DNA from: Candidatus Atelocyanobacterium thalassa isolate ALOHA | GTDB taxonomy: Bacteria; Cyanobacteriota; Cyanobacteriia; Cyanobacteriales; Microcystaceae | Direction: 5' to 3' | Assembly: GCF_000025125.1 (NCBI RefSeq) | Contig: NC_013771.1 | Coordinates: 1,260,001-1,292,000 of the forward strand | Length of the DNA: 32,000 nt | Shown: in pieces, positions 1 through 8,995 of the stretch | Layout: every line of letters begins with the position of its first letter | Position numbering within the stretch: position 1 is the first letter of the stretch | Notes under the pieces: generated by a model | What the model saw: the letters and a program-made list of their open reading frames with translations, nothing else | What the model was told of the DNA's origin: nothing | Database searches by the model: none | Position numbers and translations under genes: made by a program

Positions 1-1896
1 TGCTAACCAGAGATAGCGAGGGATATTTTCTCTTACCCTTCCTAGTGATTGAATAACAGATGTAGGATTTTGAATACCTTGAGCTAGACACCAAACAGAG
101 CTGAAATGTCCTTTTACATCAATACTAATTCCTGTCTCAAGAACAGGACTAGTAATAACAACATCATATTTGGTTAATATTGAATCTAAATGATCAATAC
201 ATTTATAAGCACTATGATTTGGATCTATTAGAGACTCAGAATCGATACGAAGAATTTTGGCTTCAGGAAATTGTTGTTGTAGATATAATTCTAAAGTTTG
301 TGTGCCCCATTTGCTAGTTAATTTCTGAGCTGATAGACAAATATAAGGTTTGCCGCCTTTTTGAATATGTTCTACTAAATCTTTTAAAAACTTCTTAGGA
401 GTATTTTCTATATAGTTGTAAGCTTTCCATGTACTTGAAGATTTAGGTATCCAGTTATTTCTAACTATGTAAGGTTTTATAGGATATCCAGATAAAGTAA
501 TTAGATACTCTACTGAAATATTGCTTAAATCTGCGTCTGCAACGAATAGCCTACCTTTCCCATTCATAACTGACTGCATTAAACTCTTTAAGCATCTTAG
601 AATGGAGACTCGATTATTAGAACAAGTATCAGAATTAAGACCATGCCAAAGTACTTGTTCAACCTCATCAATAATAATTAATGCATCTTGCCAATCATTT
701 GGATTAAAATTTGCCTGTGATTTCTCGTGCAGAGAATCAATACAAAGACCATATCCATAATGTCTTTTTGAATTATCTTGGTATTCCGTAATATATGATA
801 GTCCAAAGCGTTGACAAAGCTGTTGAACTAATTTGATACGATGCCCAATGACTAAAATTTTTTGTTTTTTTGCAATTGCTTTCTGAACAATTTTAGATAA
901 GAATTTAGTTTTTCCGGTACCAATACCAGATTTTATAGCAACTAGTTTTTCCGTTTCCGGTATAGATAAGTTAGGAATGTAAGGAGTATTAATTTCTAGA
1001 TTGGAATCAAGAGTTAAATGGTTTAGTTCCTTTGCTTTCCAAGTTTCAATAGGAAGAGCCTTGTTGTAACACTCATTAAAAGAATCATTACCAGAATTTA
1101 ATAAAAAATCATCTACTCCTTTTCCATATTTCAAATCCCAGGTAATTACTTTAACCTGGCATTTTAAAGAATTCATTAAAAATCCTAATTTTTTAATTGC
1201 TTTATTAACCGCCTTTACAGTATTAGGTTTGTTATCTTGATCAAAGACTATATAAATATTTCTTCCTCTTGCAACTAGTTTATGTAATTGAGGAATTAAG
1301 TAAGATTTTCCAATACGATTACCAATCTCATCTTTTGGCGTCCGATAACCATTATTAATACCAGGAAGGGCAACAGCTACATAGCCTGTAGTTAGTAACG
1401 CACCTGCTTTTTTTGCCCCTTCTGTTATGCAAAGTGGAATAGACTTATTGTCAATTACCCATTGCCAAAAGCCAAAGTCTGATTGAGATTTATCAACCAT
1501 TTCTAATCTAAATTCGATGTTATATCTTTCAGCTATTCTTCGCCATAAATGTAGTGGTACTCTTAAAGCAAAAATACCTGTTGGTGTTTTTGGAGGATGT
1601 TCATATCTAATTATTCTATTTTTATCATGATTAAAGCGTGGCTTATCTGGTTTAAAGCATCCCCAAAGATCGCTTGATCCTGTCATAACATCAATACCAG
1701 AACACCACCATCCCCCTTCTTCTACATGTTCATAACGCTTTAAGATAGAGTTGCTAAGCCTACCGTTATTTCTTCTGGTAAGTTCATCAGAATATAGTAA
1801 ATATTCTGACGAAGAGGTTCCTTTTAAAGTTTTTACATTTAATTCAATCAATTGCCTATCAACGCAACTGTTCAACCATTCTTGTTCATGTCCCAC
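1..1896 (-). CDS. Partial CDS (C-terminus lies beyond the left window edge): DUF3854/Toprim primase-like domain fused to a P-loop SF2-type helicase; CyRepA-like plasmid-type replication protein
   Basis: Absent from the ORF track because it runs off the edge. The reverse frame is stop-free from nt 1 to 1956 (652 codons) in ~30% GC DNA. My translation gives EWLNSCVDRQLIELNV (N-terminus), CITEGAKKAG (Toprim Glu), IYIVFDQD (DxD), KSGIGTGKTKF (Walker A, about nt 905-935), LIIIDEVE (Walker B) and TSPVLETGISID. The first in-frame ATG (1686) lies downstream of the conserved N-terminus, so GTG at 1896 is the likeliest start. Confidence 0.75.
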   Translation of the reverse strand, partial: MGHEQEWLNSCVDRQLIELNVKTLKGTSSSEYLLYSDELTRRNNGRLSNSILKRYEHVEEGGWWCSGIDVMTGSSDLWGCFKPDKPRFNHDKNRIIRYEHPPKTPTGIFALRVPLHLWRRIAERYNIEFRLEMVDKSQSDFGFWQWVIDNKSIPLCITEGAKKAGALLTTGYVAVALPGINNGYRTPKDEIGNRIGKSYLIPQLHKLVARGRNIYIVFDQDNKPNTVKAVNKAIKKLGFLMNSLKCQVKVITWDLKYGKGVDDFLLNSGNDSFNECYNKALPIETWKAKELNHLTLDSNLEINTPYIPNLSIPETEKLVAIKSGIGTGKTKFLSKIVQKAIAKKQKILVIGHRIKLVQQLCQRFGLSYITEYQDNSKRHYGYGLCIDSLHEKSQANFNPNDWQDALIIIDEVEQVLWHGLNSDTCSNNRVSILRCLKSLMQSVMNGKGRLFVADADLSNISVEYLITLSGYPIKPYIVRNNWIPKSSSTWKAYNYIENTPKKFLKDLVEHIQKGGKPYICLSAQKLTSKWGTQTLELYLQQQFPEAKILRIDSESLIDPNHSAYKCIDHLDSILTKYDVVITSPVLETGISIDVKGHFSSVWCLAQGIQNPTSVIQSLGRVRENIPRYLWLA

Positions 1897-2279
1897 GCTT
1901 TTGTCTCCACTTTTAATGCTACAAAAAGCATTATCTATAGTGTCAGGATCTAGATCCTAAGGAAAAAAAACTAAATATGGAAGATACAAATAAACTACTA
2001 TGCTAAAAGAATAATTTAAACAGTTTAAACATAAGTTAAACTTATATTTAAATTTATAGTTTTGAATTATGCGAACTCAGATTAAAATAGTAAATATGTA
2101 AATATAGTTTTTTATTAGAATTCTTCTAACAGAATCATGCAAAATTACTTTTCTAACATAAAACTAAAAATAGTAAGGTTAATAGATTTACGATCTAAAG
2201 AAAATTTGTACAGTATATTCTTTAATATTTGTATAGATAAAACTGATATATTGATATCTACATACTGATCTTATGCTTA

Positions 2280-2309
2280 AATTCAAAAATTTCTAAATAT
2301 TTTTGAATT
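2280..2309. repeat. Perfect 11-bp inverted repeat (aattcaaaaat / atttttgaatt) with an 8-nt spacer, in the gene-free spacer between the rep-like gene and aroF
   Basis: Read directly: arms at 2280-2290 and 2299-2309 are exact reverse complements. Confidence 0.6.
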
Positions 2310-2471
2310 ACTTAATCTTTCTTTGAAGATACAGAGTCATGTTATCTTAAAATTATTTACGTAATTACAAACTTCTAATAATAGAAAATAAAATTAACCT
2401 TTAAAATTAATGGCAAAGTATTGATAAAATTTTAAAAAATATTTAGAAATTGATTTTAAAGGCGGTCTTTA

Positions 2472-2622
2472 ATGATCATAGTTATATAAAAAACTCTCCA
2501 ATTGATGAGATTGAAAGTGTTAATACAGGAAATTTAAAATTGGAGATTAAATCTCAAAAAGATCATTAGTAAATATAAAACTATTATTTGGATTAATAAA
2601 AGAGAGCTTTTCTTTTTATCCT
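2472..2622 (+). pseudogene. Frameshifted remnant of the N-terminal ferredoxin-like regulatory domain of type I-beta DAHP synthase
   Basis: ATG at 2472 reads MIIVI then TAA. The next frame (from 2489) reads KNSPIDEIESVNTGNLKLEIKSQKDH then TAG TAA. The aroF frame is open from 2551 and reads ISKRSLVNIKLLFGLIKESFSFYPL. Together these resemble the N-terminus I recall for full-length enzymes (MIVVLK..EDIE.V....G.HKVVIGLVGE......VE.V..V..PFK.AS). Confidence 0.45.
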
Positions 2623-3510
2623 TTGATAGCTCAAGAACTTAACCTATGGATTGAAAGTGTTTTGTTAATAGAATATCCATTTAAGCGCGCAAGTCTGGAA
2701 TATTTAGGTGGCGAATATAGTGAAATTATTGTAAGCACTCCTAATGGAATCGTTCCAATTGGTAAAAATCATCCGACAGTAGTCGTGGCAGGTCCTTGCT
2801 CAGTTGAGAATAAGACTATGATTGTTGAAACTGCAAAACAAATTAAAGCATCAGGGGCTAAATTTTTGAGAGGTGGTGCTTACAAACCTCGTACTTCTCC
2901 ATATGCTTTTCAAGGTTATGGAGAAAGTGCTTTAGAGTTACTATCTATTGCTAAACAAGAAACTGGTTTAGGTATCATAACAGAAGTGATGGATGCTGGT
3001 GATTTAGATAAGATTAAAGAGGTCGCTGATATTATTCAAATAGGAGCTCGAAATATGCAAAATTTTTCTTTACTTAGAAAGGTTGGCTCTCAAGATAAGC
3101 CTATTCTTCTAAAACGGGGAATAGCAGCTACTATTAATGAATGGCTAATGGCTGCTGAATATATCTTGGCAGCTGGAAATCCAAATGTCATTCTTTGCGA
3201 AAGAGGCATTAGAACATTTGATACTAAATATACTCGTAATACTTTAGATTTGTCCGTAATACCAGTTTTACGCTCATTAACTCATTTACCAATAATGGTT
3301 GATCCTAGTCATGGAACTGGAAAGGCAGACTATGTACCTGCAATGGCTACTGCAGCAGTAGCAGCAGGTACAGATTCCTTAATGATTGAGGTACATCCCA
3401 ATCCGGCAAAAGCTCTGTCAGATGGAATTCAATCGTTAACTCCAGTTAAATTTAATAATCTTATGCACAAAATATTCGTTATTGACCAAACAATTCATAA
3501 ACTGGCATGA
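2623..3510 (+). CDS. aroF: 3-deoxy-7-phosphoheptulonate (DAHP) synthase, type I-beta catalytic core
   Basis: Motifs VVAGPCSVEN, LRGGAYKPRTSPYAFQG, IQIGARNMQNF, LLKRG, ILCERGIRTF, DPSH and EVHPNPAKALSDG. The track start is TTG. No in-frame ATG precedes the metal-binding Cys of GPCSVE. Confidence 0.9.
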   Translation: MIAQELNLWIESVLLIEYPFKRASLEYLGGEYSEIIVSTPNGIVPIGKNHPTVVVAGPCSVENKTMIVETAKQIKASGAKFLRGGAYKPRTSPYAFQGYGESALELLSIAKQETGLGIITEVMDAGDLDKIKEVADIIQIGARNMQNFSLLRKVGSQDKPILLKRGIAATINEWLMAAEYILAAGNPNVILCERGIRTFDTKYTRNTLDLSVIPVLRSLTHLPIMVDPSHGTGKADYVPAMATAAVAAGTDSLMIEVHPNPAKALSDGIQSLTPVKFNNLMHKIFVIDQTIHKLA

Positions 3511-3587
3511 AAAAATACTTTTTAAATAATTTTATGTATCAGTTTTTGCTACAATTTTCTAATCTTGATTACTTTATTATTAACTAA

Positions 3588-4406
3588 ATGATTTGGCCAT
3601 TTAAAACTAGAACTACTAAACAGATTGCTCGCATTGAAATCAAAGGGGTAATAAATTCTGAAACTCGTAAGTTTTTATTGGAAGCTTTGGAAACAGTTAA
3701 AGAAAAAAAATTTCCTGCTTTGTTATTACGTATTGATTCTCCAGGAGGCACAGTTGGCGATTCTCAAGAGATTTATGAAGCTCTTAAAAAATTGCAGAAA
3801 AAAACAAAAATTGTAGCAACTTTTGGCAATATTTCAGCTTCCGGAGGAGTTTATATAAGCATGGGGGCACCATATATAATGGCTAATCCTGGAACTATTA
3901 CTGGAAGTATTGGAGTTATTTTAAGAGGTAATAACTTTAAAGAATTATTGAATAAAATTGGAGTTTCTTTTCAAGTTGTTAAATCTGGGCCTTATAAAGA
4001 TATTTTGTCTTTTGATAGACAACTAAGTCCAGAAGAGGAAAAAATTCTTCAAGAGATGATTGATATTAGTTATCAACAATTTATAACAACTATATCTAAG
4101 GAACGTAATTTAGATATGGATAAGACAAAAAGTTTTGCTGATGGTCGAATTTTCACAGGGGAACAAGCTTTAAAATTAGGAATGGTAGATCGTTTAGGAA
4201 GTGAAGAAGATGCTCGGTGCTGGGCTGCAGAGCTTGTTGGACTAGATCCAGAGAAGACCAAATGTTTTACTATTGAAGAATCAAAACCATTTCTGAATCG
4301 TATATTTTCCAAAAATAACAATAAATCAAAGTTTACTTTAATGAATGATCGTATAGAATTTGAATTAAAAACTAGTGGACAACTTTTATGGCTATATCAG
4401 CAATAG
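3588..4406 (+). CDS. sppA: Signal peptide peptidase SppA, 36K type
   Basis: ClpP/crotonase-like S49 peptidase pattern: LLRIDSPGGTVG, FGNISASGGVYISMG (catalytic Ser region), ITGSIGV and GRIFTGEQALKLGMVD. Confidence 0.85.
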   Translation: MIWPFKTRTTKQIARIEIKGVINSETRKFLLEALETVKEKKFPALLLRIDSPGGTVGDSQEIYEALKKLQKKTKIVATFGNISASGGVYISMGAPYIMANPGTITGSIGVILRGNNFKELLNKIGVSFQVVKSGPYKDILSFDRQLSPEEEKILQEMIDISYQQFITTISKERNLDMDKTKSFADGRIFTGEQALKLGMVDRLGSEEDARCWAAELVGLDPEKTKCFTIEESKPFLNRIFSKNNNKSKFTLMNDRIEFELKTSGQLLWLYQQ

Positions 4407-4652
4407 GATATTAGATTTTAAAAACTCATAGAGATTTTAATTTATACGATCCATAATTCATAATTCTAAAAAACATGGAATTAGAAATATTTAATAGATT
4501 AAAGTAGATTTATTGAATACTTTAAAAAATAAATCAAACTATTAGTGTCGCTTTGAATTTTATGTGCCAGTAAGATAATTTAATTTATTCTACTTGCATG
4601 ATTCAAAGATGATATATTTCAATCTTAATATATAGTAGACAGGATCTAAAGA

Positions 4653-4687
4653 TATTGTAAGTAAAATAAAAGCTTTTACTTACAATA
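4653..4687. repeat. Perfect 14-bp stem, 7-nt loop hairpin in the 795-bp convergent spacer
   Basis: tattgtaagtaaaa (4653-4666) pairs exactly with ttttacttacaata (4674-4687); loop is taaaagc. No adjacent T-tract on either strand. Confidence 0.6.
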
Positions 4688-4757
4688 AGATTTCAAGAGA
4701 CTTTCTGAATTATTACTATAACTTTCATTTTAAATAGTAAATTCTAACTTAAGCAAT

Positions 4758-4797
4758 AATATCAGTAGGTTTTTATAAGTTTACTGATATTTTATTG
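4758..4797 (+). terminator. Possible weak intrinsic terminator (10-bp perfect stem followed by a T-rich tail)
   Basis: aatatcagta (4758-4767) pairs with tactgatatt (4782-4791), followed by ttattg. The stem is AT-rich and lies about 350 nt past the sppA stop. Confidence 0.25.
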
Positions 4798-5201
4798 AAG
4801 TATAGTGATTTTTTATATTGTCTAAGAAATTACATTAATAACCAGAATATTATTAATTCAATTGCGGTTTTAAATATAAATTAATAAAAAAGAGAAGATT
4901 TACGTTTTTGAAAGTGGTTAATTAATTATTATTTAAAACTATTTACACATTAAAATACATACTTTACTTAATCTATAGACTTGATTATATATTTATATTC
5001 AGGCTTGGTATTTGAATTCTTATTATTTTGTAGAATTTAAACTAATACTTATTAGAGTTGTTATGGTTTTTTATTTAACGAATAAATTACTTGAAACATT
5101 AAATATTATTTATTACATGTAATCATGTTATTTTAACAGTTGAAAACTAACTTTTAAAAAATAAAGATTAACAACTAAATTAGAAGATTAGTAATATTCA
5201 A

Positions 5202-5732
5202 TCAAGAGTTAGAACTAGAAGATAAAACATTTGCAACTTCTACTTCATTATTTATATCATCAGCAAAATTACTAACTTTAAAACAATTAGGTGTAAACAA
5301 GAAAATACTTTCACCAATACGCTCTTGATATCCTTCAATAGCGTACGTTCCTCCAGCAACAAAATCTACAGCTCTTTGTCCTTCTTCTGATTCCATTGAA
5401 TTTAAATTAAGAACAACAGATTTCTGTTCTCGTAAAACTTCTATAACTTTAGGCATTTCATCAAATGATTTAGGCTCAACTACAACCACTTCTGCAATAT
5501 TGCTGATTCTAGACATTGCAACAACATTATCTTGATGATTTTTAAAATTCTTTTTAGTGGCAATACGAGATTCCTTTGATTTTAACCAAGGATGTACTTC
5601 ATTGTCACTGGAAATATTTTTTTTATTTGATTCTTTTAACTCAAGATTAGAATTTTCATTAACTTCCATGTAATCGGAATCATCATCAAAACATTCTGCC
5701 ATAGACCAACGTTTTAATCTTTCTAAAATCAT
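5202..5732 (-). CDS. sepF: Cell division protein SepF
   Basis: C-terminal SepF/DUF552 core: [68 protein letters not shown] prefer ATG at 5732 (MILERLKRW) over the TTG at 5783 used by the track. Confidence 0.8.
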   Translation of the reverse strand: MILERLKRWSMAECFDDDSDYMEVNENSNLELKESNKKNISSDNEVHPWLKSKESRIATKKNFKNHQDNVVAMSRISNIAEVVVVEPKSFDEMPKVIEVLREQKSVVLNLNSMESEEGQRAVDFVAGGTYAIEGYQERIGESIFLFTPNCFKVSNFADDINNEVEVANVLSSSSNS

Positions 5733-6172
5733 TGTATATCTCACTAGTTTGCAAGTATTTACGGAAAAGTGATTAAACACCAAAACGCTATTTAGTATCT
5801 TCTAAATTCGAAGAAAAATTCTTTTAACTTCTAGAACTTTTATACAATATTCTAAAATTTCTTTTCAATCTAGAATAAAGAACTATAGATTATGGTATCT
5901 AAAAGATCTTTTATGATTGTCGTCATGATACTCTAATATGTTCCCGTTATATTTCAAGAAACATACTTGATTTTTTATAAAGGTTAATTTTTTCTTTTAA
6001 AAATTTATCAACTTTTTACTTATCACATATCCAAGTAAATAAATATGATGCAATAATTTACGGATTTCTTTTACTTTTACTCCCTAATTAAAATTAAATC
6101 TATACTGAAAATAAGAATTTAAATATAGTAAATCATTAAATTTTTTAATTATTAGAAAGTATTTATTTATGT

Positions 6173-7822
6173 TTATCTTAGTCTTCCTGAACGTAGAATA
6201 CTAATAATTAGCCATACTCCTAATATACTTGCTGAAGTAAATAAAACACTGCTTATTATAGATAATTGCTGAGTTGAAGAACCAACAGAAATGATTGCGG
6301 CTCCCATTATTAAAGATCCTAAAACTATACTAAATGAAAGTCTATTTGCTGAAGCATCAATACTACGTCTCAAAGGTTCTAATTCTCTTAATTTTATATT
6401 CCAGTTAAAAGTCTCTGAGGATAATCGATCTAATAAAGTTTCTATTCTTCGAGGAGTCTTCAAGGAAATAGATTTCAAATCTAGGATTGTTCTTAGTCCC
6501 GTTTGTAGAGGTTTATCTCCCACGAGTTGACGATAAAATAAACTAGTCATTAATGGGTTTATTTCATCAAAAAGATTGAAAGATGGGTTAAACTGTCTTG
6601 CTGTACCTTCTAGATTCCCTAAACATTTTGCGTATAATCCTAAATTTCCTGGAATTGTTAATTTATTTTTGCGTGCAATTTGTAATATTTCATATACAAC
6701 TTCGCTTAGATTAAATTGAGAAAGATTTAAATTATAGTATTTCTTTAATATTTTTTTATAATCATTTTGTAACTTTAGCAGATTATCTACTTTATCTGAT
6801 TCTGATAGCTTAAATGTTAATTGAGCACATCCTTGAGCATCTAAATCAAAAATTGCTAATAATAATTCTATTAATATTTTTTGTGTTTGTGGATCAATTT
6901 TACCTACCATTCCACAATCAATAATAGCTATCCTACCGTCATTTAAATAAAATAAATTACCAGGATGAGGATCTGCATGGAAGAATCCATCAACATAAAT
7001 TTGTTGAAAGAAAGCCCTAAACAGTAAGGTTGTAATCTCTTTTCGTTTTTCCTTAGCAGATTTAATAGCTTTAGGAATATTTAAATCAGCTTCTAAAATT
7101 GGTTTTCCATATAACCATTCTAAAACTAAGATTTTTTCTGTCGTTATTTCCCAATATACTCTGGGTATTAGTATATTATGAGCATCAAACCAGAGGCTTG
7201 AAGATAAATTATTGCGAATAGTATCTGTATAGCTTGCTTCTTTTGTAAAATCTAATTCAGATTTAATAGCTTCACAAAATTCATCAGCAAGCTGTACGAT
7301 ATCATAATTTCTCCCAAATTCTGTGAGTGAGACTAATTCGGCAATTCCTTTGATTAAATTGATATCTTGTTGTACTATCTTGTCAATATTCGGACGTTGA
7401 ACTTTAATAGCCACTTCTTCTCCATTAAGAAGAATTCCACGATGAATTTGTCCAATAGAACCAGCTGCAATGGGTTTCTTCTCAATATTACTAAATATAG
7501 CTTTTATAGGTTTTGATAATTGCTCATTTAAAAGAGCTTCAATTTCGCTCCAAGGAACTGAAGAAACATTAGACTGCAAAGCAGTTAGAGCTTTAATATA
7601 ACTAGGAGAGAGAATATCAGGACGTGTACTTAAAAGCTGTCCTAATTTCACATAAAAAGGACCTAGTTCTATTAATATATTTCTCAAAACCTCTGGGGTG
7701 GGAATTTGAGGGTTTTCTGTTTTACCAGCTGTTAATAATCCTCTCATATATTCCCAGCCGTTGCTAAGTAAGACTTCAAGAATCTCTCGTTGACGAGCAC
7801 TAGTTTGAGTCAAAGAAAACAT
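6173..7822 (-). CDS. ABC1/UbiB-family atypical kinase with a C-terminal membrane anchor
   Basis: IAAGSIGQIHRG, VAIKVQRP, FHADPHPGN and IDCGMVG, plus two hydrophobic C-terminal segments. Confidence 0.85.
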   Translation of the reverse strand: MFSLTQTSARQREILEVLLSNGWEYMRGLLTAGKTENPQIPTPEVLRNILIELGPFYVKLGQLLSTRPDILSPSYIKALTALQSNVSSVPWSEIEALLNEQLSKPIKAIFSNIEKKPIAAGSIGQIHRGILLNGEEVAIKVQRPNIDKIVQQDINLIKGIAELVSLTEFGRNYDIVQLADEFCEAIKSELDFTKEASYTDTIRNNLSSSLWFDAHNILIPRVYWEITTEKILVLEWLYGKPILEADLNIPKAIKSAKEKRKEITTLLFRAFFQQIYVDGFFHADPHPGNLFYLNDGRIAIIDCGMVGKIDPQTQKILIELLLAIFDLDAQGCAQLTFKLSESDKVDNLLKLQNDYKKILKKYYNLNLSQFNLSEVVYEILQIARKNKLTIPGNLGLYAKCLGNLEGTARQFNPSFNLFDEINPLMTSLFYRQLVGDKPLQTGLRTILDLKSISLKTPRRIETLLDRLSSETFNWNIKLRELEPLRRSIDASANRLSFSIVLGSLIMGAAIISVGSSTQQLSIISSVLFTSASILGVWLIISILRSGRLR

Positions 7823-7933
7823 AAAAAATTTATATGACTTTTTATAAAAATGGAAAATTAAGTATGAAGAATCTATATTGACTTGGTCAAAATGTCGCTT
7901 AATTTAGTTTGCTAAAAAATAATATTGAAATAT

Positions 7934-8995
7934 CTACAGAAATTTTTTAAATTCAGGATAGTTTGCTATATTTTTTAATATTTGTTTAATGTCTTGAGTA
8001 CGGCTCTTATCAACTACAAGAGTAACATTGTTATCACGGACAATAACTAAATTTTTTAAGCCAATAGTAGCGATAAGCTCATTCTTATCACTTGCATAAA
8101 TAATAGAACCCTTTGTATCGATGCCTATATGTTTACAATGTTCGATGTTAGCTTTTGCTTCATTAGTTAATCTTTCTAAAGAGTTCCAATCTCCCAAGTC
8201 ATCCCAACCAAAATTAGCATTCAATACATAGGTAAACTTAGTTTTCTCCATTAGAGCATAATCGATACTAATTTTTTCTAAATCTTTATAAGCTTCTTTA
8301 CCTTTCTTTCGAAGAAAATTTAATAGCTGAGGAGTGTATCTTTCTAATTCTTGCAACATAATATCTGCACGAAAGATAAGTATCCCACTATTCCAACTGA
8401 ATTTACCATTTGCGATCAATAACTCTGCGGTTTCTTGATCAGGTTTTTCCACAAAACGATTAACCTGATATGCAGGAAGATTGCCAGCATAATTGATTGG
8501 TTCTCCTTGTTCAATATATCCATAACCTGTAGAAGGGTATGTTGGCTGAACTCCCAAAGTAATTATGGCATTTCCTGGAGAGGCTAATTGAAAAGCAGAA
8601 TTTAAAGTAACTAAAAAATCTTCTTCACTTTTTATCCAATGATCTGCAGGAAAAAAGCCTATAATTACATCACTTCCATAACGTTTAACAATTTCTAATA
8701 TTGCCCATGCTACTGCAGGAGCAGTATCTTTTCCTTCGGGTTCAATTAGCAAATTAGAATCCATCATATATGGTAGATGTTTCTTAACATCCTTAACAAT
8801 AGAATCAGTAGTAACAACCCAAAGGTTATTCCAGTTTTTAGCTATTGGTAATAAGCGGTTAGCTGTAGACTGTAGTAAACTATCTCCACTATCGTCCAAA
8901 GATAAAAATTGTTTAGGACGTTGACGGCGAGAAAGAGGCCAAAATCGTTCGCCTTTTCCACCAGCAAGAATTACAGGTATAAAAGATTGGGGCAT
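7934..8995 (-). CDS. Mannose-1-phosphate guanylyltransferase-like nucleotidyltransferase (no C-terminal isomerase domain)
   Basis: N-terminal PVILAGGKGERFWPLSR sugar-nucleotidyltransferase signature. Length 353 aa. FPADHWI and GYGYIEQG motifs. Confidence 0.8.
   Translation of the reverse strand: MPQSFIPVILAGGKGERFWPLSRRQRPKQFLSLDDSGDSLLQSTANRLLPIAKNWNNLWVVTTDSIVKDVKKHLPYMMDSNLLIEPEGKDTAPAVAWAILEIVKRYGSDVIIGFFPADHWIKSEEDFLVTLNSAFQLASPGNAIITLGVQPTYPSTGYGYIEQGEPINYAGNLPAYQVNRFVEKPDQETAELLIANGKFSWNSGILIFRADIMLQELERYTPQLLNFLRKKGKEAYKDLEKISIDYALMEKTKFTYVLNANFGWDDLGDWNSLERLTNEAKANIEHCKHIGIDTKGSIIYASDKNELIATIGLKNLVIVRDNNVTLVVDKSRTQDIKQILKNIANYPEFKKFL

Noticed and set aside
521-1960. Plus-strand track ORFs 521..760 and 1751..1960
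   Set aside because: Both lie antisense to a 652-codon stop-free reverse frame with clear Toprim and helicase motifs. Their translations are low-complexity with no recognisable motif, so they are shadow ORFs.
1957-2471. DnaA boxes (TTATCCACA-like) in the AT-rich spacer
   Set aside because: I found no close match on either strand by eye. The spacer cannot be called a DnaA-type oriC.
5733-5783. N-terminal extensions implied by the track starts for sepF (TTG 5783), the Tic20-like gene (GTG 13955) and dnaK (TTG 20752)
   Set aside because: Downstream ATGs fit better. AAGGAG precedes ATG 13916. GGAG precedes ATG 20737. MILERLKRW at 5732 looks like a SepF N-terminus. The extensions add non-conserved residues.
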